From a virus, in the IMG/VR virus record IMGVR_UViG_3300043425_001190, positions 1-64,000 of that record: 64,000 bases of DNA; one strand, given 5' to 3'. This document shows, piece after piece, positions 46,991 through 56,692 of the stretch; position 1 is the stretch's first letter; every line of letters starts with the position of its first letter. The notes under the pieces were generated by a model that was not told the origin of the DNA, ran no database searches, and was given only the letters and a program-made list of their open reading frames with translations. The translations under genes were made by a program, and so were the position numbers.

Positions 46991-49015
46991 TTATCTACCT
47001 CTGATTTCGTTTCGGCTATTCTTGGCTACCGGTGGGTTTGTTACAGTGATAACCGGTGCCGAAGCCGCCTGGACCATTGGTTTCGGGTCTGGCTTAGCTA
47101 CCATTGCCTCAGCGGCTGCGGCCGATTTATTTGTTGCTTCTGTCATTTTATCCATTTTTTCAGCAAGTTTATTGAGAGCGGCTTGGCTGGCTACTGTGTC
47201 GGTCTGCACTCGCGGTATAATTTTTAGGCCGGCTATTCTACTTGCCTCGGCAGCAGACAGGCTAGACTGTTTAAGGGCTGTCTCGTTGGTGCCGCCCTTC
47301 AACTTGCTGATATCAGCCGCCGACAACCCCTTTTCGGTTCCATATTTGTCTAACTGCTTAATATACTCGCTGTCTATATCAGAAGCACCGGACCTCTTTG
47401 CCTTGTCATAAGCATATTTTCTTATTTCCTCAGCATCGGCCCCAGTGCTTTTGTTAAAGGCAATGTTTAGTTTTGCAGCTCTTTCTTCGTTAGCTTTGTC
47501 GGTGGCTGCTTGCTGCCTTTCGGCTGCTGAAGGGCCAATATGCAAAAGGTCTTTAATACCTTGTACAATATCACCAAAACCACCACTAAACAGCTCTTTT
47601 AGGTATTTCCACCCGTTTTCAACCGATGCGGCAAACTCTGGAAATAGTGATTTTACACCATCCCATAATAGTTCGAACGCCTTTGTTAACGGGTAGAACG
47701 TTAGCTTAATAAAACCAATCAACATATCCGGTATGCGCTTTAAGAAAGCCGGAACAGCCTCCATCAAAAACCCAGCAGCGAAAAGGAACATTACCGGGAT
47801 TGATACAAACACTTTTTCGATGGTTGACGCAATACCGGTGATGACACCACTGATAATTTCAGGAATCGCTGATACTACCATACCGGCAATATTGGCAAAT
47901 CTCATTAGGCCACCGGCAGCGGCGGTAAGGCTAGACCCTGCCTTACCAAGTACGGCAGCTCCTGGGCCACCCTTCATGCCAAGAGATTCTCTCTTTTTCA
48001 TGTTGTCGAGCATGGCCTCGGCTTGCTCTCTTCGTTTATCTGACAGACCCTCTTTTACTGAGTATGATTCATTACCATCTTCGTCTACGTTTTTCTCTAG
48101 ATCCCGCGAGGCAATGGCCATCCGCAGGGCGTCAGCAGCATTGGCCATAACACCAGCAGCGATTTCGGTTTCTTTATACTCTTCTTTGTCAGTTTTGGAT
48201 TTTTCACCGTTTTGGTCAGCTTTAGCCGAGTCGCCAACAAGACCAACCCTGGACAGAAACCCAGCTACACCAGTTAGGTTAGCGGTGTTTGGTTCCTTTG
48301 ATGAGGCGGTAGCACCACGTAAAGTTTCGGCGTTTGATTTTACCATTTTATCAACTGCATCAACCAGCGTGCCAACTTTTTCAGATAGAACATCAACCGA
48401 CACACTTTGTGTTGGTTGGATAACATTACCTGGCGAGGCCGCTGGTGTGGCAGCTTTAGCTGTATTACTTGGGATTTTGTTGATAGCCATAATCAGTTTA
48501 TCTTTAGCGTCGTCAGCGTTTTCATAGTACGCCGTCATACCATCGGTAACAGCTCCGGCCATGCCGGATTTTGTAACCATGGTTTCTTTTAGAAAGGTGG
48601 ATATAACCACAAGCTCTGAGGCAGAATCTGCCGACCGGTTTTTAATTGCTGTCAACTCATCCGCTTGTGGCTTATCAATGGCCACCATTTGCAGCTGTTT
48701 ATCTGGTGTGGACAGCTTAATATTACCAACTGCCTGCGAAACAGCTCTTTCTATACTTTTAATGCCGTCTGATGAAACTTTTGACTCAACCGAGTTGAGG
48801 TTCTTCATCACCTGGGTGAGCAACTTTTCCGTACCAGAAACCATATTATTAGTTGCTGTAAACATCTCGTTAGCCTTGGCAATCGACTCGGCCGAGGCCT
48901 TGGTGGCCGCGTTGACGTTCGATACAGTAGCCTCCGAAGAGGTAGTAATCTCTTTGGTATACTGGTTGATGGTTTCAACCAGAGTGTCTAGGCTTACTGG
49001 GGTTGGGTCGGGCAT
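46991..49015 (-). CDS. tape measure protein (gp29-like)
   Basis: 674 aa, Ala/Lys-rich helical with a hydrophobic central segment; follows gp26/gp51-like genes. Confidence 0.7.
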   Translation of the reverse strand: MPDPTPVSLDTLVETINQYTKEITTSSEATVSNVNAATKASAESIAKANEMFTATNNMVSGTEKLLTQVMKNLNSVESKVSSDGIKSIERAVSQAVGNIKLSTPDKQLQMVAIDKPQADELTAIKNRSADSASELVVISTFLKETMVTKSGMAGAVTDGMTAYYENADDAKDKLIMAINKIPSNTAKAATPAASPGNVIQPTQSVSVDVLSEKVGTLVDAVDKMVKSNAETLRGATASSKEPNTANLTGVAGFLSRVGLVGDSAKADQNGEKSKTDKEEYKETEIAAGVMANAADALRMAIASRDLEKNVDEDGNESYSVKEGLSDKRREQAEAMLDNMKKRESLGMKGGPGAAVLGKAGSSLTAAAGGLMRFANIAGMVVSAIPEIISGVITGIASTIEKVFVSIPVMFLFAAGFLMEAVPAFLKRIPDMLIGFIKLTFYPLTKAFELLWDGVKSLFPEFAASVENGWKYLKELFSGGFGDIVQGIKDLLHIGPSAAERQQAATDKANEERAAKLNIAFNKSTGADAEEIRKYAYDKAKRSGASDIDSEYIKQLDKYGTEKGLSAADISKLKGGTNETALKQSSLSAAEASRIAGLKIIPRVQTDTVASQAALNKLAEKMDKMTEATNKSAAAAEAMVAKPDPKPMVQAASAPVITVTNPPVAKNSRNEIRGR

Positions 49016-49272
49016 TTTATCATCCTGTTAATCTCTGATGTGTCGTATGACTGCGCTGGCTCGTCATCTCCCTGGCCGGTATTTACCCCATCCTCTTTCG
49101 CCTTCTTTATCTCGTCAATGTGTTTATCCACATAATAGTTGATGTCGTTTAGCGAGGTTCGGTAAAACCCAGCTAACGGTTGGTTGAACTCTTTCATAAA
49201 AAGATAAGATACATCAAGCAGATATGCTATCTCTTGGTATATGGCGTCGAGGTCTCCTAACCTTAACGCCAC
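48994..49272 (-). CDS. baseplate hub assembly / tape-measure chaperone (gp51-like)
   Basis: size and position after gp26; Y.......L..E.......YY....I..I pattern. Confidence 0.5.
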   Translation of the reverse strand: MALRLGDLDAIYQEIAYLLDVSYLFMKEFNQPLAGFYRTSLNDINYYVDKHIDEIKKAKEDGVNTGQGDDEPAQSYDTSEINRMIKCPTQPQ

Positions 49273-50096
49273 ACCACAAAAAAATCCTTATCCAACAAAT
49301 TAGAGATCACCTTGTACTTGTTAGTGCACGATTCACATGTGACGTCGTTTACCTTCACCAGCTTTGAAATCTCCTTTGATATGTTGGCAATATTCATCTC
49401 GGAGATCCGGTTTACCACGATGTTTGGCAACGACAGCATAACCTTAATTTTATCAGCGAGAGGTCTACCATCAAAACTCATACTAACCTCACCGATTTTA
49501 ATTGCCGAAATGGTGGATGCCATAATCAACACGTTTTTGACCTGGTCGATATCCTCCTTACTCATGTCACCGAACGCCTTTTTGTCGGCAAAATAACTGG
49601 CAATGTAAGACTCTAGGTTTTTATTGATTTCTTTTACGTCACCGTATAGAGGGTGGTTTACGTCAACTGAAATCCTACCACACTCAGCATGCATCGGGTA
49701 TTCAACTTCGGCAATGGCCGAGTAGTATGCCTGCATTACCCCGTCAACAATCATGTCGATTTTAAGCTGATTTGGGTTCTTGCAAACGGGACACTCGCTA
49801 GTCATGTTGATCTCTGGACCATAAGCCGTTACTCTGGTGTGGGCCAAAAGGAAACTTACGTCCCAATCCGGTAGCGCATTAATATCAATTGACTGGTCGA
49901 CTAATGTTCTCTTGACCAAATCAACACTTCGTTCAACTTTTTTTGATGAGTCGGCTGATACCGACTTTAAGGTATCAAGTCTGTGTTTAGCTGTAATATC
50001 TCTAGTTTTGATTTCAAGTTTCGATACCGGAAGCTTAACTTCATGTGCAAAGTCGTCTGACTCCATAGCGGCCAAAAGGTCTTTAATATCCGACAT
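49263..50096 (-). CDS. gp26: baseplate hub assembly chaperone
   Basis: LP.S...I..R..T.K, L...D..FLL...R...YG..I.....CPVC, C-terminal CESC...DFF. Confidence 0.8.
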   Translation of the reverse strand: MSDIKDLLAAMESDDFAHEVKLPVSKLEIKTRDITAKHRLDTLKSVSADSSKKVERSVDLVKRTLVDQSIDINALPDWDVSFLLAHTRVTAYGPEINMTSECPVCKNPNQLKIDMIVDGVMQAYYSAIAEVEYPMHAECGRISVDVNHPLYGDVKEINKNLESYIASYFADKKAFGDMSKEDIDQVKNVLIMASTISAIKIGEVSMSFDGRPLADKIKVMLSLPNIVVNRISEMNIANISKEISKLVKVNDVTCESCTNKYKVISNLLDKDFFVVWR

Positions 50097-50124
50097 ACTC
50101 TACTCCTAGGTTGATCCGAAGGAT

Positions 50125-51720
50125 TTACCGCAGAGATAGAATTTCGTCAACCTCTTTTTCTACCTCTTTGAGCTCCGCCAATGAGAAAGGCGCTGTATAC
50201 GCTCCACCAACCCTTTTCTGTTGCGCAGAGGTGAAGTGCCCTATTAGCTCTCCTACGTCGAGACCGGTTTCCTTCCATCCAACAAGGTAGTTGAACAGTT
50301 TGTCTCTAACAGGGTTAGGGAATGTGTGGTTGCCAACACGTTTAAACCTGTGAACCCATCTTATCCATGGTAGGCACATTACTTTATGTCCAGCGTTACG
50401 GTATTTCTGGTGGATATATCCTTCCTCACCACCCCACGATCTAAAATGCTTGCTGAAGCCAGGCCATGATCTTTTGGCCGCCATAAACAGACCCATTCCA
50501 TGCATCGGAATCTCAAACGGGATGTTGTCACGCCTTGTTTTCTCCGTCCATTTTCCAAAGAACAGTTCGTTCCATACAGGATCCATATGGCTAGCCCAGT
50601 CGTTTCCCATATGATCAACCAGTATGCCATGATATAGGTCATCGGTTATTGGTTCTAGCAGAAATTGTTGTAATTTGTCAGCCCCGTCTGGGTTCAGTAA
50701 AACATGGCAATCAATCACCAGAACATAATCGCTTGTCGCCAGGTTAAACAGCTCGCTACGAATTGATGTGGACTTCTTTTCGGTGTGGGTAATATATCTG
50801 ACAACGCCGCCACCTAGGGTTGCCGTCAATTTACCATCTTCACTATCTGGGTTATTATCTAAAATAATAACTTCGTTTATCAACTTTTTGAACGGTCCGT
50901 TCATCAATGATGCCAACGAAAAGAAGACACCCTGATAATCATCATAGCACGCCATACCAACAGTAAGAGTGGCCTGCCGTATTGTCTTTGGCTCTTTAAA
51001 TTTTCTGACTTTATTATACTGGTCAGAGTTATTGGTATTGTTAACCAGGTCGTTTAGGCATACACGGCCAGATTTTATGGACCCGTTGTCCATAGCCGAT
51101 TTGACAGTACTCTTTATTCTTTGCTCCCGGCCTTCGATATCGCCAAACACTGAGGCGCTGTATATGTTGCTACCAACCCGGTAAACAAGAAGACCTTCGG
51201 TCAGCGGTTTAAAACGTTTAACTCTAGAACCACTTTCCATCTTCGTTCTGGTGGTTTGGTCAAAGTCGTACTGGTGGGTGTTGAACGAGTATCCTCCCCT
51301 TTCAACAAGAGTCTTCTTATTATACATCACCCAGTTTGGGGCGGTAGACTCGGTGATACTATGGATGTTGCCAGCGTTTTGCAAGCAATACCCATGCGGA
51401 GATACCACATCATATTCGGCTGTCTTAATAATTGCCTCATAGGACCCCAGTACCCACGGCATCCAAACATCGTCATCATCAAGAACCGTTACATATTCGC
51501 CAGTTGTATACCCGACAGCTATATTATGGGCGTCTGGAAGATTTGGTCTAAAATCTAGGTTATACACTTTAATGTTATCGTACCCATCTAAAACTAGATG
51601 CTGATCAACATTGGTGTTTAGTATTACTAACTCGGAGTTTATTACATTCTGGTCTAGGAAAGATCGTATAGTTTCCGGAAGTGAAACCCTGCCGTACACC
51701 ACACATATGACGGATATCAT
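50125..51720 (-). CDS. two-domain GT-A fold glycosyltransferase
   Basis: domain 1: ISVI...YGR..L...I.SFL.Q...LDDDD (GT2); domain 2: IDCH, GMGLF, WGGEEG, P...W.HRF.R. Confidence 0.85.
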   Translation of the reverse strand: MISVICVVYGRVSLPETIRSFLDQNVINSELVILNTNVDQHLVLDGYDNIKVYNLDFRPNLPDAHNIAVGYTTGEYVTVLDDDDVWMPWVLGSYEAIIKTAEYDVVSPHGYCLQNAGNIHSITESTAPNWVMYNKKTLVERGGYSFNTHQYDFDQTTRTKMESGSRVKRFKPLTEGLLVYRVGSNIYSASVFGDIEGREQRIKSTVKSAMDNGSIKSGRVCLNDLVNNTNNSDQYNKVRKFKEPKTIRQATLTVGMACYDDYQGVFFSLASLMNGPFKKLINEVIILDNNPDSEDGKLTATLGGGVVRYITHTEKKSTSIRSELFNLATSDYVLVIDCHVLLNPDGADKLQQFLLEPITDDLYHGILVDHMGNDWASHMDPVWNELFFGKWTEKTRRDNIPFEIPMHGMGLFMAAKRSWPGFSKHFRSWGGEEGYIHQKYRNAGHKVMCLPWIRWVHRFKRVGNHTFPNPVRDKLFNYLVGWKETGLDVGELIGHFTSAQQKRVGGAYTAPFSLAELKEVEKEVDEILSLR

Positions 51721-52547
51721 AAGGTCACAGTCAGGGTTACTGAGTTATCATAATCGCCGTTAAACAGCATGTTTGATGAACCAATCGGTACCACAAAACT
51801 TGACATTTGGCCACCTTGAGCACCAGGTAACGCCGGGTATGCTGGGTACATATAGAACTCACCAATATGTACAGTTACCGTGTACGTGTCCCAGTTAATG
51901 GTAAACCCAAAGGTTCCGGCCTCTAGGTTACCAGTGTCATACTGGTATGTTCCGTTACTGACGGTTGATACCGCCACCGATCCCGATGTTGAGAAGGCCG
52001 ACGCTGGCGCGTACCCTGGACTATATGAAAACGAGAACATAATCGGCGAGGATCTTGGCTGTAAAGGTGGCTCCGTTGTCACAGGTGGCGGCTCGGTAGT
52101 GACAGGTGGCGGCTCCGTTGTCACAGGTGGCGGCTCGGTAGTGACAGGTGGCGGTTCAGTAGTGACAGGTGGCGGCTCCGTTGTCACAGGTGGCGGCTCG
52201 GTAGTGACAGGTGGCGGCTCGGTAGTGACAGGTGGCGGCTCGGTAGTGACAGGTGGCGGCTCGGTAGTGACAGGTGGCGGCTCAGTAGTGACAGGTGGCG
52301 GCTCGGTAGTGACAGGTGGCGGCTCGGTAGTGACAGGTGGCGGCGGAGGTTTTGGCCTACTAGATACAGCTCCACCCTGACTTGGTATATCGTTATTGTC
52401 GGATTTGACGGCCGATAGAAGCCACCTTCTGTCAGAGATTGCCTTCTGCATTACACCCTGTAAAGAAGACGAAACGGTAGTTTCGCTGGCCAAACGGCTG
52501 AGCGGGGTTGATCTCTGTGTTGGTCCGTTGCCGTACGCTCTTAGCAT
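51717..52547 (-). CDS. Pro/Thr-rich mucin-like repeat protein (276 aa, start MLRAYG)
   Basis: AAGGA RBS; 13 x PPPVTTE; stop overlaps the glycosyltransferase ATG (ATGA). Confidence 0.8.
   Translation of the reverse strand: MLRAYGNGPTQRSTPLSRLASETTVSSSLQGVMQKAISDRRWLLSAVKSDNNDIPSQGGAVSSRPKPPPPPVTTEPPPVTTEPPPVTTEPPPVTTEPPPVTTEPPPVTTEPPPVTTEPPPVTTEPPPVTTEPPPVTTEPPPVTTEPPPVTTEPPPVTTEPPLQPRSSPIMFSFSYSPGYAPASAFSTSGSVAVSTVSNGTYQYDTGNLEAGTFGFTINWDTYTVTVHIGEFYMYPAYPALPGAQGGQMSSFVVPIGSSNMLFNGDYDNSVTLTVTL
52071..52343 (-). repeat. 13 x 21-bp coding tandem repeat
   Basis: units ctc(g/c)gt(a/t)gt(g/c)acaggtggcgg on +; differences are synonymous in the PPPVTTE frame. Confidence 0.95.
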
Positions 52548-52557
52548 ATTATGTCCT

Positions 52558-54069
52558 TTAGAATTGGTACCATGATGGCTGTGGTGGGGCTTCTGATATG
52601 GTACTGGTGGTTTTGGTTTGATCAAATGACGTGCCGCCAGCATCATACGCAGCGCTAGTATACTCACCAGAAGGTGTTGGCGGTGCAGTAAATGGCGACT
52701 TAACCGATTCCCATGCTGACGAGGCACCATCAGATACCTTGTCGCCAACGTAACCAGCACCGTCTGAAACAGCGCCTCCGGCTGACCGTACAGCACCGCC
52801 AACTGACTTACCAAACACCCCGGTGTTATTTTCTAAACCGGTGAACACTTTAGCCCCATATTCACCAAGACCGGCACCTTGGTTATATATTCCCTCAGCT
52901 GAGTTCATTACTGCGCCCATGTTATCAAGGGTTAGACCACCATTTTTGATGCCGTCTACAGTGCTTTTGACTGTTTTAATAAGATCTTTGGCTTTATTGA
53001 CCTCGTTCTTGACGTCGCTATACACTTTTATGCCACGACGAACGTCTGTAATAGCGTCCCTAAACCCATAAGGTTTTGATCCAACCGGGTTTTCTGGTGT
53101 AATGCCAGGAAGAGGGGTTGTCTTTGGGATAAACTTAAATTTGTCTTGCGCCAACTTACCAAGGCCAGGTTTCTTTTTAGTAGATGACACAGATGTGGTT
53201 GATGTAGTCTTAGCCTCACGTTGAACGGCCACCCTGCGGTATGAAATACCAACACTGAAGGTTGATAACTCTTCGGTAGTGTAGTCTAAATCTTCACCGG
53301 AAATTGATTCAACCTGCGATCCGTAGTATTTGTATGTCACAACGTTCTCGCCGTTAAAAGAATAACGGTTAATAGTGATGATAGCCTGGTTGTTGAATGA
53401 GTTACCAATTTGTTCGATATTTGCCGTATTATTGGCAATGTTGTCAACCACATTGTAATCGGTATTTCTTCTTGATGCCATGGTATATAACGCTTGACGC
53501 AAGATGCCGGCTGAATCATCTAGAAAGTCTATTTTTAGGTTTTCTACCGTAACACCGGTAGGGACTTTAACCGGTAGACTGTTTATAGACGGTTTTATCT
53601 CCATAAACTGAGTTGTCGTGCCAGGTATGTTGACGGACCTGACAAAAATCTCGGCTGCTTCACCAGAAATTTCTATAGTAGACTCAGTTTTTACGCCACC
53701 TGTGCTGGCATAGACATCATCAATAATACCAGCAAACTGTCCACCAAATTTGACTGTCCACAGGTACTTTGGTGTTGGAGCTACAGCCGAGGTTTCTGAC
53801 CCACGAACAACAAGAGAGTAATACTTTGACATCAAATCTTTTAGCTGGGCTTTACCACCAGCAGATGTTGAGAACCTGTTGATTTCCTCGTCTGGTGTAG
53901 GCTCCATGTACGCAGGTTCACTGAACTCAGCCGGTAACTTAACCTCTTCTCCCCAGCCAATTTTACCAGGCGGCAGGAACTCCTCTGGTGTGATCCGTTT
54001 ATGCTTATTGCTCAGACCCTTTGCTGGGACTGATCCAAAAATGTCTTCTGCCGAGTCAAGTATTCCCAT
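52558..54069 (-). CDS. tail-tube-fold baseplate protein (gp54-like) with long low-complexity C-terminus
   Basis: V.SVNIPG, L.I.F.DD, Y...G.....I....LDY......TF.V...Y tube-fold pattern. Confidence 0.55.
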   Translation of the reverse strand: MGILDSAEDIFGSVPAKGLSNKHKRITPEEFLPPGKIGWGEEVKLPAEFSEPAYMEPTPDEEINRFSTSAGGKAQLKDLMSKYYSLVVRGSETSAVAPTPKYLWTVKFGGQFAGIIDDVYASTGGVKTESTIEISGEAAEIFVRSVNIPGTTTQFMEIKPSINSLPVKVPTGVTVENLKIDFLDDSAGILRQALYTMASRRNTDYNVVDNIANNTANIEQIGNSFNNQAIITINRYSFNGENVVTYKYYGSQVESISGEDLDYTTEELSTFSVGISYRRVAVQREAKTTSTTSVSSTKKKPGLGKLAQDKFKFIPKTTPLPGITPENPVGSKPYGFRDAITDVRRGIKVYSDVKNEVNKAKDLIKTVKSTVDGIKNGGLTLDNMGAVMNSAEGIYNQGAGLGEYGAKVFTGLENNTGVFGKSVGGAVRSAGGAVSDGAGYVGDKVSDGASSAWESVKSPFTAPPTPSGEYTSAAYDAGGTSFDQTKTTSTISEAPPQPSWYQF

Positions 54070-54110
54070 TGTGTACCGCCATTATGGCATACTTATCAAC
54101 ACGTAACCTG

Positions 54111-54464
54111 TTACGGGTTGACTCCGGCAACTAGGTTAACAATTGTTTGGATACCACCAAGAACTTCGATACCGGCTGGTGAGGAAGCCCATGTAGAGGT
54201 AGTCACTGTTGGGTCAACCACCTCACTGCCGTCGGCAAAGGAAATATGCAACCCGTCGGGTAGAATATCAACTTTGGCATGCGGTGTAGTTTTAATCGAT
54301 GTTTCATCCGCGTCATCGACCACCCATTCGTGATCGACGGTGTATGAGATTCTTTCGTCAGGCCATTTTCTGAATGCAGAAAACTCCCACACGGCCAAGA
54401 AAGCCTTGGTTCCGGCAGCTGGTGATGGTAGGTTAAGGCGGGCTAGAGGTTGTATAGCAGACAT
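54111..54464 (-). CDS. hypothetical protein, possible fibre chaperone (start MSAIQP)
   Basis: TGATG overlap with the fibre-like gene. Confidence 0.6.
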   Translation of the reverse strand: MSAIQPLARLNLPSPAAGTKAFLAVWEFSAFRKWPDERISYTVDHEWVVDDADETSIKTTPHAKVDILPDGLHISFADGSEVVDPTVTTSTWASSPAGIEVLGGIQTIVNLVAGVNP

Positions 54465-55582
54465 CAGATTTTCTCCCAACGGGTAAGTGTTGCGTTATAA
54501 CGAACAGTGAAGTTATCTCCGCTTTTCCAAACCCCAGAGAAGCTGGCGAATACAGTTTGGGCAGCAGAGATGGTGAGTGAGGTTACTACATCTGCACCAA
54601 AGGCGACGGTGCCTCCGAAAACTACATAACGTTCAGTGCCATCGGGCGGAGCGCTCGGTAGTGTTAAGGTAACAGCCGCCTGGATAGAAGCCGGGTTATA
54701 GTATGTTTTACTTTTGGTGATCGTTCGGTTTCCACCACCGGTGTAGTTTTCGAAGGTGAGGTTTGAGAAGCTCTCGCCGCTATAGGTGTGACGGTCAAGA
54801 CCAGCGTCATATACGTACGCATCGCCAGAAGTCAGTTTTTTGATCTTGAAATCAACATCGTTGGCCCCGACGTTGAAAGTATTCTCGCCGAAGTTCATTC
54901 GGTAATTTACACGTTCTGTCCCAGAGTCCATCCGAATGAAGTCAAAAGAGTCAGCCGAGGCGTTATGCCTAAGTTTGAACCCCCAGTTGACGTCGCTTTC
55001 CGTCATGACTATTTCGCCGGCGTTTGTCGTAGTATTGGAGCTCGATGTTATGGTTATTTTTGGCGATATTGCGTTCTTGAAAGCCAACGTGGCAGATGAT
55101 GGTGTCATTCTAACGGTTTCAACACCTATAGAATACCAATACATAACCCCAGATAAACCAAGTATTCTAACTGACGTGGTGTCCGATTTTCCTTCTCTAA
55201 AAACAATGTCTGGACCCCATATAGCCAACTCATCGTCTATTATTTCTCCTATGCCAGCATACGGTGTGGTATCACCTCCGTCGCCAAAACCAATGTACCC
55301 ACCAGATCTAAAACTACCAGTGCTGTTGATATGTATATGCCCGTCAGCATATACAGTAAAGGGTCTACTCGCAGTTCCGTTGTATAAGCCAAAAATACGT
55401 TCGGTGGCTGTCGCGTTAGGATATGTAAGATCTAAACTTTTGCCAGTAGAAAGGTTAATATTACCATCAGAATCAGAAGCGTAGGCTTGCTGTATCGTTA
55501 CTGCGTGAGGGTTACTGACGTTAGCTTCGTGAGCGTTAATATACGCCACCATAGCTGCAGGGGTTGTGATTTCTACACCCAT
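54464..55582 (-). CDS. fibre-like virion protein
   Basis: H....SNPH.VT motif, beta-rich repeats, C-terminal LTLPSAP.DG...F..RY......W. Confidence 0.6.
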   Translation of the reverse strand: MGVEITTPAAMVAYINAHEANVSNPHAVTIQQAYASDSDGNINLSTGKSLDLTYPNATATERIFGLYNGTASRPFTVYADGHIHINSTGSFRSGGYIGFGDGGDTTPYAGIGEIIDDELAIWGPDIVFREGKSDTTSVRILGLSGVMYWYSIGVETVRMTPSSATLAFKNAISPKITITSSSNTTTNAGEIVMTESDVNWGFKLRHNASADSFDFIRMDSGTERVNYRMNFGENTFNVGANDVDFKIKKLTSGDAYVYDAGLDRHTYSGESFSNLTFENYTGGGNRTITKSKTYYNPASIQAAVTLTLPSAPPDGTERYVVFGGTVAFGADVVTSLTISAAQTVFASFSGVWKSGDNFTVRYNATLTRWEKI

Positions 55583-55585
55583 TGG

Positions 55586-55993
55586 TTACACTCCGGCCTG
55601 GATGGTGGAGAAGATAAACGAAACGCTTGAAGATCCGGAAGCTACTTTGAACACCGGTGAGGTTTCGTCAACGTCTGAAGGGTCGATCAGAATTTTAATC
55701 ACCGGGTTTGTTCCAAGACTAACGAAATCCTGGCCAGAAGCCCCTGCCATTAACACCGGTACGGACGAAACAATCACCATTTCGGTGATTAGAAATCCGT
55801 CTGGAACCAGTCCGCTGAACGGGGATTTGGACTCAGCGGTAGTAAGGGTGGCATTTTTGGTGAAAAACTTGGTTGTAGGAGCCAGACTAACCGTAAGCCT
55901 AGCGGTTGGTTCAACCTCGCCAAACTTACCAAGTCTCATCCATGATAACCAATCAGCCTGGTTGTTGCCACCTGAAATTTTTGGGCCTGGCAT
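55586..55993 (-). CDS. putative virion protein, paralogue of 32441-32875
   Basis: shared motifs; preceded by TATAAATA. Confidence 0.7.
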   Translation of the reverse strand: MPGPKISGGNNQADWLSWMRLGKFGEVEPTARLTVSLAPTTKFFTKNATLTTAESKSPFSGLVPDGFLITEMVIVSSVPVLMAGASGQDFVSLGTNPVIKILIDPSDVDETSPVFKVASGSSSVSFIFSTIQAGV

Positions 55994-56025
55994 ATTTTCA
56001 CCTAGAGTTTACGGTTTACACAATA

Positions 56026-56033
56026 TATTTATA
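56026..56033 (-). promoter_or_regulatory. exact T4 late promoter TATAAATA
   Basis: intergenic, 32 nt before ATG, right after a hairpin. Confidence 0.75.
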
Positions 56034-56036
56034 GGG

Positions 56037-56065
56037 AGAAACCCGGCCTGAACGGCCGGGTTTCT
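56037..56065 (-). terminator. terminator after the tail tube gene
   Basis: AGAAACCCGGCC-N5-GGCCGGGTTTCT. Confidence 0.65.
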
Positions 56066-56094
56066 TGGCTCAACATCACAACTTGGCGTGGTAC

Positions 56095-56607
56095 TTAAAC
56101 GACGAAGTCCCAGTACTGGTATTCGAATGTAACGTCCATAGTAGCGACGTTTTCACCAGATTCCTGTGACAGAGTAACCTCACCTAGGCCAGTAGGGTAC
56201 ATACCCTCGAACTTAATCTTTTTAGTTGGGTTCAACTTATTGTCGAGGAGAGTTAGGGTGACTGTTTCGAGACGGGAGAAGGTCTCGCTGGCACCCGTGT
56301 TGATGTCGTAGATTTCGCTCATCCAGTCGGATACGAATTTGCGCAAATCATAACGCATGTCGCAACGAAGTTGAACACCCCAGCTCTCGAACGAGGCGGT
56401 ACCTGGCATCTTGAACTTGAAACCAAGGAACGGAGTCGCGATGGTGCCAATGGCTTTGGTGGGCCATTTGGTGGAGAAGACATAAAGTTCGGCTTCATCA
56501 CCAAGACGCGATGGGAATGTCACTCTGAACAGGTGACCGCGAGCCAAGTCAGTCTTTTTGATCTGCTGATAAAAGCCGGAAACCTTGTAGCTATCGGATA
56601 TGGCCAT
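56095..56607 (-). CDS. gp19: tail tube protein
   Basis: LAR..LF.V.F, P...IG.I..PF.G.....PG...F..W, F...W...I, YPT.LG...L.......T..VTF.Y.YW. Confidence 0.9.
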   Translation of the reverse strand: MAISDSYKVSGFYQQIKKTDLARGHLFRVTFPSRLGDEAELYVFSTKWPTKAIGTIATPFLGFKFKMPGTASFESWGVQLRCDMRYDLRKFVSDWMSEIYDINTGASETFSRLETVTLTLLDNKLNPTKKIKFEGMYPTGLGEVTLSQESGENVATMDVTFEYQYWDFVV

Positions 56608-56661
56608 GATACTTCTCCATTAAACTGGGTGGTTTTATTATATCGTATTTAGGGTATGAGA

Positions 56662-56687
56662 AGGCCCGGTCATTTCTGACCGGGCCT
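56662..56687 (-). terminator. GAAA-tetraloop hairpin after the sheath gene
   Basis: AGGCCCGGTCA-GAAA-TGACCGGGCCT. Confidence 0.65.
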
Positions 56688-56692
56688 GGATT

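Noticed and set aside
52071-52343. CRISPR array
   Set aside because: Contiguous 21-bp units with no spacers and no cas genes.
51880-52380. + strand (GGGSVVT)n ORF
   Set aside because: Antisense reading of the PPPVTTE repeat; the whole region is transcribed on the - strand and only the - ORF has an RBS and coupling.
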